A DNA stretch of 64,000 nucleotides. Origin: Chara braunii (lineage: Eukaryota > Plantae > Charophyceae). The stretch is from the NCBI GenBank assembly GCA_003427395.1, contig BFEA01000001.1, positions 13,243,552-13,307,551 of the forward strand, read 5' to 3'. The first letter of the stretch is position 1; every line of letters starts with the position of its first letter. The notes beneath the pieces were generated by a model. That model searched no databases, was not told where the DNA came from, and saw nothing but the letters and a program-made list of their open reading frames with translations. This document shows positions 38,230 through 50,891 of the stretch, one piece after another. The position numbers and the translations under genes are program-made.

Positions 38230-38321
38230 ATATCGGAGTTCCTGGCGAGCCACTATTCCACCGCAGAAGGTCAAGAACAGGCACGAAAAATATTCATTGA
38301 AGCTGATTGTGAGGGTACAGG
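38230..38321 (+). CDS. RIB72: RIB72/EFHC1-family exon (EF-hand N-half)
   Basis: TTGCAG acceptor, GTAAGT donor; ISEFLASHYSTAEGQEQARKIFIEADCEGT(G), ending in phase 2. Not in the ORF track; found by reading splice sites. Confidence 0.8.
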
Positions 38322-38583
38322 GTAAGTTCTGAGCCTTTGATGGATGGATGGATGGATGGGTAAATGTAGTGGAGTATCAACTATTAAGGAGTGATTTAGG
38401 TGCTGCCTTCTGAGCTCCAATCCAGCCTCTAGTGACCACAACACTCACAAACCAGTACCGATCAGTCACAACAGCTGAATGCTACCATTCGTCCTCAGGA
38501 TCCAACAACTCATAACCAGCGAGTTCAGCAAATAGAAAGTAAGTACTCGATCAAAAATGAAGAAAAAAATTAAAAAAAAGAAA

Positions 38584-40241
38584 GGGGCTCGTTAGACACT
38601 CCTCGGGTGCATATCCCCGAGGAAATTGTCGCTCCACCTATCCTCGAGGATAAAAAGAAAAGAAAAAAAAGGGAAAACATTTTCTCAAGGAATCCTCGGG
38701 GCGTCCTCGGGCTACAGCCGTTTTGTGGTCTTCCCCAAGGTACCTCCCGAGGTTCCTCGGAGGTCAAGGATCCGCGATAATCGGAGCAGCAAGGGCACCC
38801 ATCGACAGCAATAAATTTTCGTCGGCTGGTCCATTGGAGTACCAACCGGCCACCGCACGAACATCTTGGGTCGTCAACGTTCGGCTTCCAGGATCTTTAC
38901 GCCAACAGTAACCGTTGATGGCTGGGTGGCGTCCGCGAATGTCTTCAACCGGTGTTTATCCTTCTAATCGTCTTCCACGTCTGCATCCTTGGCAGGCTGT
39001 CTGGACGCACACGCAAGAGGCGTTCTGCAAAGAAGGGTGTCATCATGGACGGACGGCAGGCGAAGAGCAGGTCTTCAGTGGACCACTCCACGAGCCACCG
39101 CGCAGGCCATGTCCTGGCTCGCAGTGCAAGGGTGTGCTGTGACTGCTGTCCTCTACCGTTTGCTCCCTTCATAGTCTCCGTTCGGTGGACCTTCACCGTC
39201 GTCGTGGTGTTACGGCCCTGTCGTACGTGTCGTTGATGGCCGACCTCTACTGAAGGCTGCCACTGCTGCGCCTAGTCGTGATTTTGCTTGTCGTGGTCCT
39301 CCTATTCCAGGTGTGCATCCTTTATTGTTGATGGGCGACCTCTATCGAAGGCCTCCAGCAGAGAAGACGAGGGATCGACATCTACATCGGCAGCGCGTCG
39401 CGCAGACGTTCGTCCACGCTGGATGCAATCGCCATCACCCAAGAGACACATGGCAACATACGCAGCTTCTCCCGGAAGTACTCCTCCGTTGCGTCATTGC
39501 ATTGCCTGCGATCCTCCCACGCCCCCCCCATCCTCCTTTCCATCCACCACCTCAGCGTCAGTCATGGAAGAACATTGTAACCCATGGCGCAGCAAACCTG
39601 AACTACTCACGCCCATCGTTGCTGCCGCCCTCCATCGGCACATGTGTTGCAATGCTCATGAACCACAGAGATACAACAGCCTACGAACTCACCACGACCA
39701 CGGTAACCTCAGCGTCAAGTCGCCGACGACATTCCCCGCGTGTGCTTGACTCCACACATACGCGCAGGAGGCGGCGATGGCGATGGACCTTCGCGGGGCG
39801 CTCACAAATTCGTGACGACTATGAGGACTCCACTGCGCCGCTGCAGATGCCCGTTTCCACCGTCGCCAGTATGGACACCACCTGCCCTGCGTCGCAGTCA
39901 TGACGTCCAGCACCCAATTCGAAATTTGATTTTCGAACGGGAAGGTCCACTGCTTTTTAAGGGTTTTTCTTTTCCCGTCGCCAGCGCCTTTCAAAATTTC
40001 CCGCCTTCGGCAGCTGGACCACACCGTAGCGAGACGGACATCACCCAATGGACCAAGGCATTCCCCCCCCCCCCGGGCAGCCGACTATAATATTATGAAA
40101 ATGGCCGCAGGGAGCCAAAAGGAATCATCCTTGGGAGACCACCCCAAGGATAGGTGGAACGACAGCGGGAATTTCTTTCAAAACCCCAAAGGAAACTTCC
40201 TTCCACCCCGAGGAAGCTACAAGGAGTGTCTAACGAGCCCC
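38584..40241. mobile_element. Non-autonomous TIR element, PIF/Harbinger-like
   Basis: Perfect 20-bp TIRs GGGGCTCGTTAGACACTCCT / AGGAGTGTCTAACGAGCCCC, flanked by AAA on both sides; subterminal CCTCGG/CCGAGG repeats; no transposase ORF. Confidence 0.82.
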
Positions 40242-40562
40242 AAAGAAAGAAAGAAAGAAAGAAAGAGAAAGAAATGCTTAATGTGAGCATTCCCCATGCT
40301 CTTGCCCTCTTTCCAGTGACTGTCCCAGGAGCTATCAGCAAAGACAGGGAGAAAGGGAGTACATAACAAGAGCACAGAAACCAAAAATCGAATAAAAGAA
40401 AAATCAGAGAGACAGCATAACGAGAACCAAAACCAAAGCGGTAGAAAATAAAATCGTAGAGGTGTTAGAAGCTTGATAGTAGTCCAACAAAATAACAAAT
40501 CTTGCCCAGTCCTTAGTCAGGAGAAAAAGCCAGAGCTCCTTCTCATCATACACTTTTGGTTG

Positions 40563-40760
40563 TTAAACCACCAGTACGTTTCTCAGCTATCGATGCCGAG
40601 CCTGACTTCACCCGCTGCGCCGAAAAAAAACGAACCGGTGCGGGCCTCATTTCTGCTGGCGCCACCAGCCATTTCGGTCCAGTAGCACCGAACCCCACCG
40701 ACCTTCCGTGTTACCCGGCGCGTCATGGCAAAATAGCTGGGAAAGGTACTGGTTGCTTAA
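40563..40760. mobile_element. TTAA-flanked MITE (RCCACCAGTAC TIR family)
   Basis: TTAA-ACCACCAGTAC ... GTACTGGTTGC-TTAA; interior is homologous to the 46362 and 53171 copies; another left TIR follows immediately. Confidence 0.75.
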
Positions 40761-41581
40761 AACCACCAGTACAATGCAGGCCTAGAAACACTTGTACTGC
40801 TGCACACACAGGCCATCTGCTGAACCAGTAGGTGCCCGGTGGCCTCCTTGCAAAAACCAAAAATTCCAAAATGGTGCTGCTGACCTTTGGATCGCAATAA
40901 GGATGGTTGGAGTCTAGTATCATTGTCCTTTTTCAGAGGCCGCCAGTCTCCAGAAAGGTTCTTCCAGGTCTGACGTAAAATCAGGCTCGACAAGATAGGG
41001 TCCGAGGGACTCGTAGGTCTGCCATAATCGTTGTGTTTTGATATCTTTTGTTAAGATTTATTCACAATGTTGCTACTCCTTCCTTGACTCTGGGGACACT
41101 GTGAACGCCAACAGCTGTAGTCTCTTTTTTTTGTTCAGTAAAAGAAAAGACATGTTTGTTCTCAGGGGTGGGCCATTGTCCGAGCGACTGGCATCTGCTG
41201 TTTACTTTCAAGGGTTGAATAACTGTTGCAAACAATTCAGAAATTCCAGATCGTATATATTAAAATTAACTTAAATAACTAAAGTTAAATTATATTCTAT
41301 AACGTAAATAATTAAAGTTAAATTATATTCTATAGAGCACCATGGTGAGGACTGGTTGCAGCCATCAACTAGTAATTTTTGAAGGTTGCCAAATAATGGG
41401 TGAGAAACAGATGCACCCCCTGCCCTGTCAGGATGTATGTCTGTCCTGTAACAACGTCAACACACACGGTGGCAAATCGAGTGATGTTATTCCAAATTGC
41501 CCCCCGGGATACTTTTCAGGGTTGGCCTCAAGTACTTTGCATGGTTGCTTTATCTAAGTACCTAACTTTCTTTCCTTCGGT

Positions 41582-41653
<72 letters not shown>

Positions 41654-41877
41654 NNNNNNNNNNNNNNNNNNNNNNNNNNNNNNNNNNNNNNNNNNNNNNN
41701 NNNNNNNNNNNNNNNNNNNNNNNNNNNNNNNNNNNNNNNNNNNNNNNNNNNNNNNNNNNNNNNNNNNNNNNNNNNNNNNNNNNNNNNNNNNNNNNNNNNN
41801 NNNNNNNNNNNNNNNNNNNNNNNNNNNNGGGGGGGGGGGGGGGGGGGGTTGTGGTATGTTTGTTGCTGGCTTTGCAG

Positions 41878-42031
41878 TCACTTGTCAGTGACAGAGGCAC
41901 ATGCTGCTTTCCTGGAGCTCGGCCTGTGCCTAGCCGAGCAGGAGGTTGTCACGCTTATGCGCATGCTTGGTGTCAACGAAGAGAAGAAAGTTTCCTTGGA
42001 AAACCTTTTCACAAGCATGGGATTTCACTGA
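41878..42031 (+). CDS. RIB72: RIB72/EFHC1-family terminal exon (EF-hand C-half, stop)
   Basis: TTTGCAG acceptor, phase matches the previous exon; completes EF loop DCEGTGHLSVTE, then AHAAFLELGLCLAEQEVVTLMR...MGFH*. Confidence 0.82.
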
Positions 42032-42885
42032 GGCCCAACTCAACCCAATACCGAGCTCTTGTTATCCATCACCCAGTTTTGTCTCATTTCATTTTGTGGC
42101 CAATCTGGTTTGCTTTTGGCCGCCATTATCCGGCATGGGTCCACCTGTGCATGTGGTCTTTTTTCACACAATTTTCCCAACTGATTGATCATCTTACTTA
42201 TTGTGTCCCAGCAATGACTGTCACCAAGGGAATCGCTATCGACATCCATATCGATATAATTAGAATCATATTGACATCCAGAGCTGCATCACATCCACAT
42301 CACTCATATCATGCGCATCAAATGATCTGCATCATAATATCATATCCTTCTCATTCATACCCACATCTCACATTCCAAATGACGTGCCCACCGTCATCTT
42401 CGTCATCTGTAAAGTGAAGGAAAACAAAACTTCCCGTGCCTGAGAACCGGTCACTTTGTCCTTGTCCATTAAAACAACCCATCTGCAGATTGTCACCCGC
42501 TCTTGTGTTTACGGGAGAGAAGGGACACTTTGGGAGGTGAGATTTGCAGCTGTCAGGTTGTGCGTTATCCACCATTCTTCACTTCTTTCCCAGCTGCTTT
42601 TTAGTGCAACGTACTGCACTCAAATTGCTTGTTCATTGGCTTTTTTGAAGTTTTTCTCAGCTTCTAGCACTTTCTAGTATCTACTATTTTCCGCTGGGAG
42701 ACACTGCAAATGGATGCGCGCGTTACGTTCTAGTCCGATGCGAAGCAATGCACTGGAATTGCCAGCTTTGGGACTGGATTTGATTTTGTTTGCAGTATTA
42801 TTTAGTTAGCACTCTATTTCGTAGAAATACTTCCAGAAAATTCAAAATTGGCAGAAAAAAAAAAAAAAAAGCAAGAGGGTGACCG

Positions 42886-42927
<42 letters not shown>

Positions 42928-43601
42928 GAAAGCAAGAGGGTGACCACAAACCAGAAAAGTGTCTTTTGCAAACATAGTCACAGGAGGGGGGTACTTTTGC
43001 CGCAAAACCGGAGAATAATCTGTTCCAGCATTTCGGAATTGCAGAGTCAATGAAGGTATAACACAGCGGGTGAGCGTCTGCGAAAATGGACATGTCCTTT
43101 TTGCAAAGCAAAACCTTCAGATTTGTAGCACACCACATGATCTGAGGATTCTGAGCAAATGAGGAGCGCTTACCGAGTCGACTTTGTTGACGTCATAAAT
43201 GGCATGACCTCTGGTCAGAAATTTTCACATTCTCCATTAGGTTTTTTATTTTTTTTTACTTTTTACTACTTTTTATACTATACCAGTGAGCAGGATCTTT
43301 TACGAGTAGTATTAAGTACTATAAGTCTATAACTGTATTGTTCGCCGAAATTGTAGATACAAGTCTGCATTGTGCATGGGAGCCGCAAGGACCAGAACAA
43401 CTGTTTTGTATGTCTTGCATCAGTTGTGATCACTTCCCCTCTTTTTTTTTTTTGTTCGCTTCCCCATTTATTTCCCTCTCCCAGAATGGAATGGGACTGC
43501 AATGCCCAGCCAGTGTGGCCGAATGGTACACATATGTAACTGCTGATGAACAGATCACGAGCTTGAATCCTGATTGAACCAGATGGGCTAACCCCTGAAA
43601 C

Positions 43602-43640
<39 letters not shown>

Positions 43641-44366
43641 NNNNNNNNNNNNNNNNNNNNNNNNNNNNNNNNNNNNNNNNNNNNNNNNNNNNNNNNNNNN
43701 NNNNNNNNNNNNNNNNNNNNNNNNNNNNNNNNNNNNNNNNNNNNNNNNNNNNNNNNNNNNNNNNNNNNNNNNNNNNNNNNNNNNNNNNNNNNNNNNNNNN
43801 NNNNNNNNNNNNNNNNNNNNNNNNNNNNNNNNNNNNNNNNNNNNNNNNNNNNNNNNNNNNNNNNNNNNNNNNNNNNNNNNNNNNNNNNNNNNNNNNNNNN
43901 NNNNNNNNNNNNNNNNNNNNNNNNNNNNNNNNNNNNNNNNNNNNNNNNNNNNNNNNNNNNNNNNNNNNNNNNNNNNNNNNNNNNNNNNNNNNNNNNNNNN
44001 NNNNNNNNNNNNNNNNNNNNNNNNNNNNNNNNNNNNNNNNNNNNNNNNNNNNNNNNNNNNNNNNNNNNNNNNNNNNNNNNNNNNNNNNNNNNNNNNNNNN
44101 NNNNNNNNNNNNNNNNNNNNNNNNNNNNNNNNNNNNNNNNNNNNNNNNNNNNNNNNNNNNNNNNNNNNNNNNNNNNNNNNNNNNNNNNNNNNNNNNNNNN
44201 NNNNNNNNNNNNNNNNNNNNNNNNNNNNNNNNNNNNNNNNNNNNNNNNNNNNNNNNNNNNNNNNNNNNNNNNNNNNNNNNNNNNNNNNNNNNNNNNNNNN
44301 NNNNNNNNNNNNNNNNNNNNNNNNNNNNNNNNNNNNNNNNNNNNNNNNNNNNNNNNNNNNNNNNNN

Positions 44367-44422
<56 letters not shown>

Positions 44423-45739
44423 GGGTGGAAATCAGTTCGGCAACCGTGGCTCCTGAGAGACATGGAAACAAGGCTGACTTTTGGAGGCCTTCGAGGGCGA
44501 AACCCAAAAGTTGGAGGGAGCTCTGACATTTATGGCAAAGCTCAGAGGCAGGAAACTACTTCCAAATATCCCCAAAAGAAAGAGGTAAAATGGAAATGCG
44601 ACAAATTGCAGCTTTCGGGGGTAAATGGAATATGCTCTGTTCAGATACCAGTTATAAAGAACTGCGTCCTGAGGTATTCAAAGTCAGTTTCAGGCTGCCC
44701 TCCACGATTGTTATGTTTGTGCTGAGTTAGGACCAACCGTGGCCTCACAGGTGTGCTGATTGTGCTACGATCCTAGGCACCTAGGCTGTACTGGTGCTAT
44801 GTTCATGCTAAGTCAGGATGCCCTAACCTGGTCCACTTTCAGTACCAGTCCGGAGCCTAATGATAGACATGTCTGTGTGTCCTGAACATAGACATAGCAG
44901 TGGTACCGCTAGGCCCTTTAATGTAACTTATGCAGCATAGGTGATTTAGTCCCTGCCCTGTTGGACCAGTCCACAGGGTATCTCTGGGGTATAAAATGTC
45001 TATACAACCATGAACACTTTCAATGTGAGCCTCAGGAACTACTCACCCTACCGGCAGGTCTTTTTTTACTAAATCTGTCCACGTTTAGCCATGGGATGCA
45101 TCCAGGGGAAGTCCTAGTGGGAATTCTGCCTCACTCCACTATGATAACTTCTCACTCACCTAGTTTACACCGCTAGCACTCAGGCCCCAGCCTTGCAGAA
45201 AAAAAACTCGTCACCTACGCCAAAAATTTTGGGGCCGGGCCGCTGTTGATAAATTTTGTCAACGGCCTTTGTCACGTTTCCGGCCTCCGAGAGTCACAGT
45301 GAGGGGCCCACGGCTGATGTATGGCCATGTACTAGTGGTTTAGTTTGAGAGGAAGCGAAGGCCTCACACTCATCGGACGTATCTGACCACTCTCGCGTCC
45401 AGACTCCGAAAAAGTCCAAATGTGAGTCCCACCTAAGGCAGGCTGTTTGGCCCGCCCGCCTGCCACGAGAGTTCCATGGAGGAAACCTAAATGAACAGTT
45501 TCATGTAACAATGACTTTTCTGGAGACTTGCAAAAGCCTCAGGGGCTCTTTCCCACTACTTGCCTAATATCAAAATCATGACGAGTGTCTGTTTCTCGCT
45601 GCAAAATGTGTCAAGATGCATCCGCCTTTGACGAGTGGTGGAACAATGCCCTGGGCGGGGAAATGACGGTGACGCCCAGCCCTCCGACGTTGACAACTCG
45701 CAGAGGATGGTAAGTACCCCTCCTTTGTTTTTGTTTTCG

Positions 45740-46360
45740 TTTTTTTTTTTTTTTTTACTTCAGAACCCGCTGGGCACAGCTGACGGGTTGCAGCCCTGTC
45801 AAGTGGGCTTCGGATGTGAAGGCTCCATCTATTGGTGGGGAGCGGCACGTCCTGAAAAACAGGTCCAGCGTCTCATATACACATTGGAAAAGAATTGTCA
45901 TAGAGTGCGTTGGTCAGCATTGATTGCCCTGACTACCAGAGGGGATTAACCGACCAACTCGTCGGGAGAGGGCAAGGAGAGTGCCTCTGCAGCCTGCTGT
46001 TAACCGCCGCCAGACTAGGTAATCCTCAGATCCTCAGCACTTCCTCTACCCATCACCGCATTACAACTCAGGCCCCCTTTACCATTGCAGCTGAACCAGT
46101 GACAGCTGGTGGGGCTGGAAGAGGTCTTGGAATTTCGAAGCCGGTCGCAAGGGGATTGTGGGGGCAATCTTGGTACACTGGTTGAAGGTAAGAGGGTAGT
46201 CTCTGATGAGGTCACCCTGGTTCTCACCCTGTCCCCCCTTTCCATATAAGCTCTGCAAGACTGCAGCCCATCCTCCTTGTTCCCCGCCCAGCCAGTCTGC
46301 GCAAAACTGCTTGATGGACTTCAGGACATCTGATTCTGTGTGGAAGCAATCTAGTTTCTC
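45740..46360 (-). mobile_element. Short 5'-truncated LINE 3' end
   Basis: Poly-T at ~45740-45756; 3' UTR shares colinear motif blocks with the 12627-12835 LINE tail; possible ORF2 C-terminal remnant. Confidence 0.7.
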
Positions 46361-46361
46361 C

Positions 46362-46512
46362 TTGAACCACCAGTACTGCATCCAGCTATTGATGCCGAAC
46401 CTAAGCATGCCCTGCGCGACCATTTTCTTTTCTTCCAGCTCGGCTGGTGCCGCCAGCCACTGTGGTCCGGTAGCCCCGAAGCCTATGTATGGGTCAAGTA
46501 CGGGTGGCTTAA
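46362..46512. mobile_element. TTAA-flanked MITE (same family)
   Basis: TTGA-ACCACCAGTACT ... AGTACGGGTGGC-TTAA; reverse-orientation homolog of 53171-53347. Confidence 0.78.
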
Positions 46513-47370
46513 TCGGTCTCAAGTCAAGTCTCTTGGGCTAGGTGCGAAGCGCACGGGAAAAGTATATACGGAAGAAGGATAGACTCAAGACTCATTTTCC
46601 GCCAAGCCCCTATCACGGGCCGATGAGGGGATACTCACAACTGAGCTTTCCTGCAAACATTTGACACAATAGTACGGCCAAAGTCGCTCTGAAACGGACC
46701 CAGTGCATGGGTGCGCGGGCTTCATATGGAAGTTAGGGAGCGGTCTTCGTAAGTATAACAATATGGAGCGACGAAGAATTGGCGACCTCGGATGCTTTTG
46801 TGTTCTATGTATCATGTACGTAAGGCTATGCTAGCCCTGGTTACCAGCACATCCTGCTCCGCCGAAGGAATAGATTGGAGCCGTCGTATCATCGCACATT
46901 GCCGGGAATGCATGCGTACTATATCTGTCATCCTGAGCTGTGACTAGGAGCACGACGCCCATTCTCCGCCATGCACGTCTGCATGCAGGTCAGCGTGGCA
47001 TGCCCACCATGACGTGCATGCACGTCACGTCTCAGCCATGCACGTCTGCATGGACGTCACCGTCTCAGTCATGTAATCACCACCTGAGCCATGCACGTAA
47101 GGATGACGTGACTGGATGCAGGATGCCCATTCTCAGTCATGCACGTCTGCATGCACGTCACGCCACGTCGCATGCACTACGGATCTCAGCGTCGTGTGAA
47201 TCATGGGAGGGCAATGGCTGCGTCAATGTCTGTTCATCCGAATGCCAATCGAGATATCACCATGTTGGTGGCAACCAACTGTAATTATAGGAATATGCTC
47301 GTTCCAGGACTTTTTGGAGTGTGGATGTTGGTAATCGCGTGATACGCATTGAGCCATAGAGTAAGACTTA

Positions 47371-47595
47371 GGCCATCGCCACACCACTCACGATACGAAT
47401 ACAATGTGAGTGCATCTGCCAGCAGAAGCTGGCAAGAAGCATACGTCGCTATGAATAGAAACGGATGAATCCAGCCACCTTCAGCCGGTTTTTGGTTTCG
47501 AGTGTGGTGTGGAGACGCACCGATGAATCCAGCCACCTTCGGCCAGAAGATGCACTCGCTTTGTTTTTGGTTTCGAGTGTGGTGTGGACAGGCCC
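47371..47595. mobile_element. Tourist-like (PIF/Harbinger) MITE
   Basis: TTA TSD at 47368-47370 and 47596-47598; imperfect TIRs GGCCATCGCCACACCAC / GTGGTGTGGACAGGCCC. Confidence 0.7.
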
Positions 47596-47654
47596 TTAGG
47601 CTTACGCTCTGGTGAAAGAGTATAAAGTTTAGATCACACCCAATGCTTCTTAAC

Positions 47655-47990
47655 TCGCAGCTCGTCGCCACCATCTCCACAAAGACTTAACCCACAGCTC
47701 ATGGCCACCATCTCCACAAAGACCCCTGAATCCACACTCCACTGACTGCGGAAAGGACCAGTGTCTCCACAAAGACTTAACCCACAGCTCGTCGCCACAA
47801 TCTNCACAAAGACCCCTGAATCTTAACCCACAGCTCGTCGCCACAATCTGCACAAAGACCCCTGAATCCACACTCCACTGACTGCGGAAAGGACCAGTAT
47901 CTCCACAAAGACTTAACCCACAGCTCGTCGCCACCATCTCCACTAAGACCCCTGAAATCCACACTCCACCGACTGTGGAAATAACCAGTC
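47655..47990. repeat. Compound minisatellite
   Basis: Shuffled modules CCACAAAGACTTAACCCACAGCTCGTCGCCAC and GACCCCTGAATCCACACTCCACTGACTGCGGAAAGGACCAG. Confidence 0.85.
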
Positions 47991-48711
47991 TTTCCCTGCC
48001 TTTTTAGTCATTGAATCTCTCGTAAGGGCAAGTAAACGAGTCCGTTTTTACTCCGCTTCTTTTTTTTTTTTCTTTTTTTTTTGGGTGTTCCTTTGTTCTC
48101 AAGCAAACCCGTGAAACAGTGTCATGCTCATCATTTATTTCTCAATTTTTAACTGGCTTTCTGCCATGTCATGGAAGTTGATGGAACATATCCTTTTTCC
48201 ATCTTTCACTACCTACCTATCACTAGGAGAAGACAGCTTTTCCAAAAAAAAAACAAAAAAAAAACAAAAAAAAACAGAAAAAAAACAAAAAGCAAAACAT
48301 TGTCATGCTCAGAACCACGCGCATGCATGTCTTAAAACAGCAACCTTTGGTGGGATAACATTCTCCTCACCTTTTCCATTTTTTTCGTGGCCTTCTGTTT
48401 CTGGAGCACGTTCCTCCCAATTAGATAACATTCTCCTCGCCTTAAAAGTTTTCCATTTTTTTTCGTGGCCTTCTGTTTCTGGAGCATGTTCCTCCCCCCC
48501 AATAATAGGACTTCCATTGACGTAAATTGCGGCCCGATCCATTCGGGAAAGGCCAGGTGTGAGTGTGCCCTTCCTGTTCTTACTTCCGTTCTGTTTCATT
48601 CTGTTTCCCTCGTCCATACATTGCAATCCGAAGATCACCCGCCAAACAGGGATCTTTTCTTCGTGGTCCGGCTCTTACGTTTTTTTTTTTTAATTTTTTT
48701 TTTTTTTTTCA

Positions 48712-48746
48712 ATCAGATATTAAACTGATCAGAACAGATACTATAC
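48712..48746 (-). pseudogene. U2 snRNA-derived fragment followed by poly(A)
   Basis: - strand GTATAGTATCTGTTCTGATCAGTTTAATATCTGAT vs canonical U2 GTGTAGTATCTGTTCTTATCAGTTTAATATCTGAT (33/35), covering stem-loop IIa; A-tract immediately downstream (48680-48709). Confidence 0.85.
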
Positions 48747-50346
48747 CGGCCCTGCACAGTAAGCGTTGTCGCACTTTGGCCACATTGCAGCGCATCTGAT
48801 AATCCCATACGGGGGGAACGGGGGGATTTGACGCCCTACTTTTCTAGCAGGGTATCGGATGTGGAAACACTAGCAGGGTATCGGATGTGGAAACACTCGC
48901 ACCCGCAAGCTACTGCTAATTGAAACCCGGGAGTGCATGTCGTCAGCACCCTACCTCATATATGACGAAGTGCTGCCAGACCAAGTCGTGCTGAATGGCT
49001 CCCGCCCTTTCGCGATGGTCGCCAGGAACAGGATCTTACGCCGTGAAGAAAGGGCCTTTTGTGTTAAATTTGACGACTTCGTTTCGTTTTCTACTTATTT
49101 TCCTTCACAGCTTCCTCTTCTCCATTTCACCCGCTTGCTGCAGTGGTGACTTGCACAGAAGGAAAAGGGTAAGAGAAGAGATAGGCGTTGACAAGAAGAG
49201 AGGGGAAGGCGGGAGGAGAGAGATGCACACCCCGGAAACGCAATTCAAAGTTCAAACCCAAATCCAGACGCTGAACATCGTCAGTCTTCGCCTTGCTTTG
49301 AACGCACGCGCACGCGCGCGCTCGGGCGAGAGAGAGAGAGAGAGAGAGAGAGANNNNNNNNNNNNNNNNNNNNNNNNNNNNNNNNNNNNNNNNNNNNNNN
49401 NNNNNNNNNNNNNNNNNNNNNNNNNNNNNNNNNNNNNNNNNNNNNNNNNNNNNNNNNNNNNNNNNNNNNNNNNNNNNNNNNNNNNNNNNNNNNNNNNNNN
49501 NNNNNNNNNNNNNNNNNNNNNNNNNNNNNNNNNNNNNNNNNNNNNNNNNNNNNNNNNNNNNNNNNNNNNNNNNNNNNNNNNNNNNNNNNNNNNNNNNNNN
49601 NNNNNNNNNNNNNNNNNNNNNNNNNNNNNNNNNGGGGGGAGGGATTTCCTCTTCCGAAAAAGTATGGCATTGTTTGTACAGCTTCGGGGAGAACATGGTC
49701 ATTTGGAATTATTTGCAGATTAAATTGTTTTGGATTTCCACTCTTGGCAAGGAAGGCGCCCGTGCCACCTACCCACCCTCCTCCCGCTCCCACCTGCCGC
49801 AGCTGGTGTAAGTTGGTTCGAATCTGAGAACAGACCACTCTCGCCCCCCACCATGCCTCGGGCCCCACCTCCCCTACTTCCCCAACCGCCCAAGCAGCGT
49901 TGCCCACGGCGCCCACTCTTCCCCGCCCAACGCCCCCCGGCCTCTTTACGCGCTGTTTCTTCAGTGGCAGTTGTCATGGCGCCTTCGCCAATGACGCCGC
50001 CTTCAGTCCAAGTCACTCCTCAGGTGATTGCTGCCCAATCCTCCGCGTCCCCAAGCTGCGCCATCATAACGTCCCCCTTCCTACCGCCCACAGGGACCCC
50101 TGCCATGACCAACTCCTCCAAACACACACAAGCATAGTCAGTGTCCAAACGTAACACCAAACCAATTCAAAAGAGGCGGTGAAGGTCAAGGGCTTAACGT
50201 CCAACAACCAGGGAGCGACACATGCACAAGCTCGAAGTCGGAGACCGACGGTTCAGATTGAGAATGGAAACAAGCTCGTGTTCGTAGCAAAACCACCTGC
50301 ATGCCTGGTGCCGGACTTTGAACCAGCAGCAGTCAACTACCCACAT

Positions 50347-50422
<76 letters not shown>

Positions 50423-50891
50423 CTACAAATAAATAATTACATGCGCCATGTAACAGCACAGCGGACATCCTTGACAAACCAACGAACGAAAGCACGCAAC
50501 CACCCACCTCCGCACGCACGCTCCACAGACGGCCATGCACACGTGTGAACGGCCACACGCCGGTTAATTACCGTCTCTTCAGGAGAATGGAATCTGAACA
50601 TATACTAGGCGCGACATGCGCCCGCGCTGGGCGGGTTTAGACTGGGCTTCCCGCCGGGTTCGGCTGGTTGGGGCTCAGCTAGCCGTTCGTCCGTCCGATC
50701 GACGTACCGACGACACGAAACCGATCGAACGGCCCCCGAACCGATACGAAACGTTGGATAGCCATGAGCTACGGGATGTCTGCGCTAGACTTGGCGGATC
50801 CCAGCCGCCGCACACGTGCACGGCAGTCGGAAGCGGAGGACGCCCGTTGCGCTAGCTGCGCGCCTCGTTGAACTGGGTTCGGGTTGCTTAC

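Noticed and set aside
45300-45340. Helitron-like 3' end (hairpin plus CTAG-T)
   Set aside because: The hairpin is imperfect and too close to CTAG; no 5' TC end or second copy was identified
46079-46522. 147-aa ORF as a gene
   Set aside because: Chimeric frame crossing a MITE and a LINE remnant
47655-47990. CRISPR-like regularly spaced repeats
   Set aside because: Intervening segments are themselves repeated, there are no cas genes, and the context is eukaryotic: a compound minisatellite
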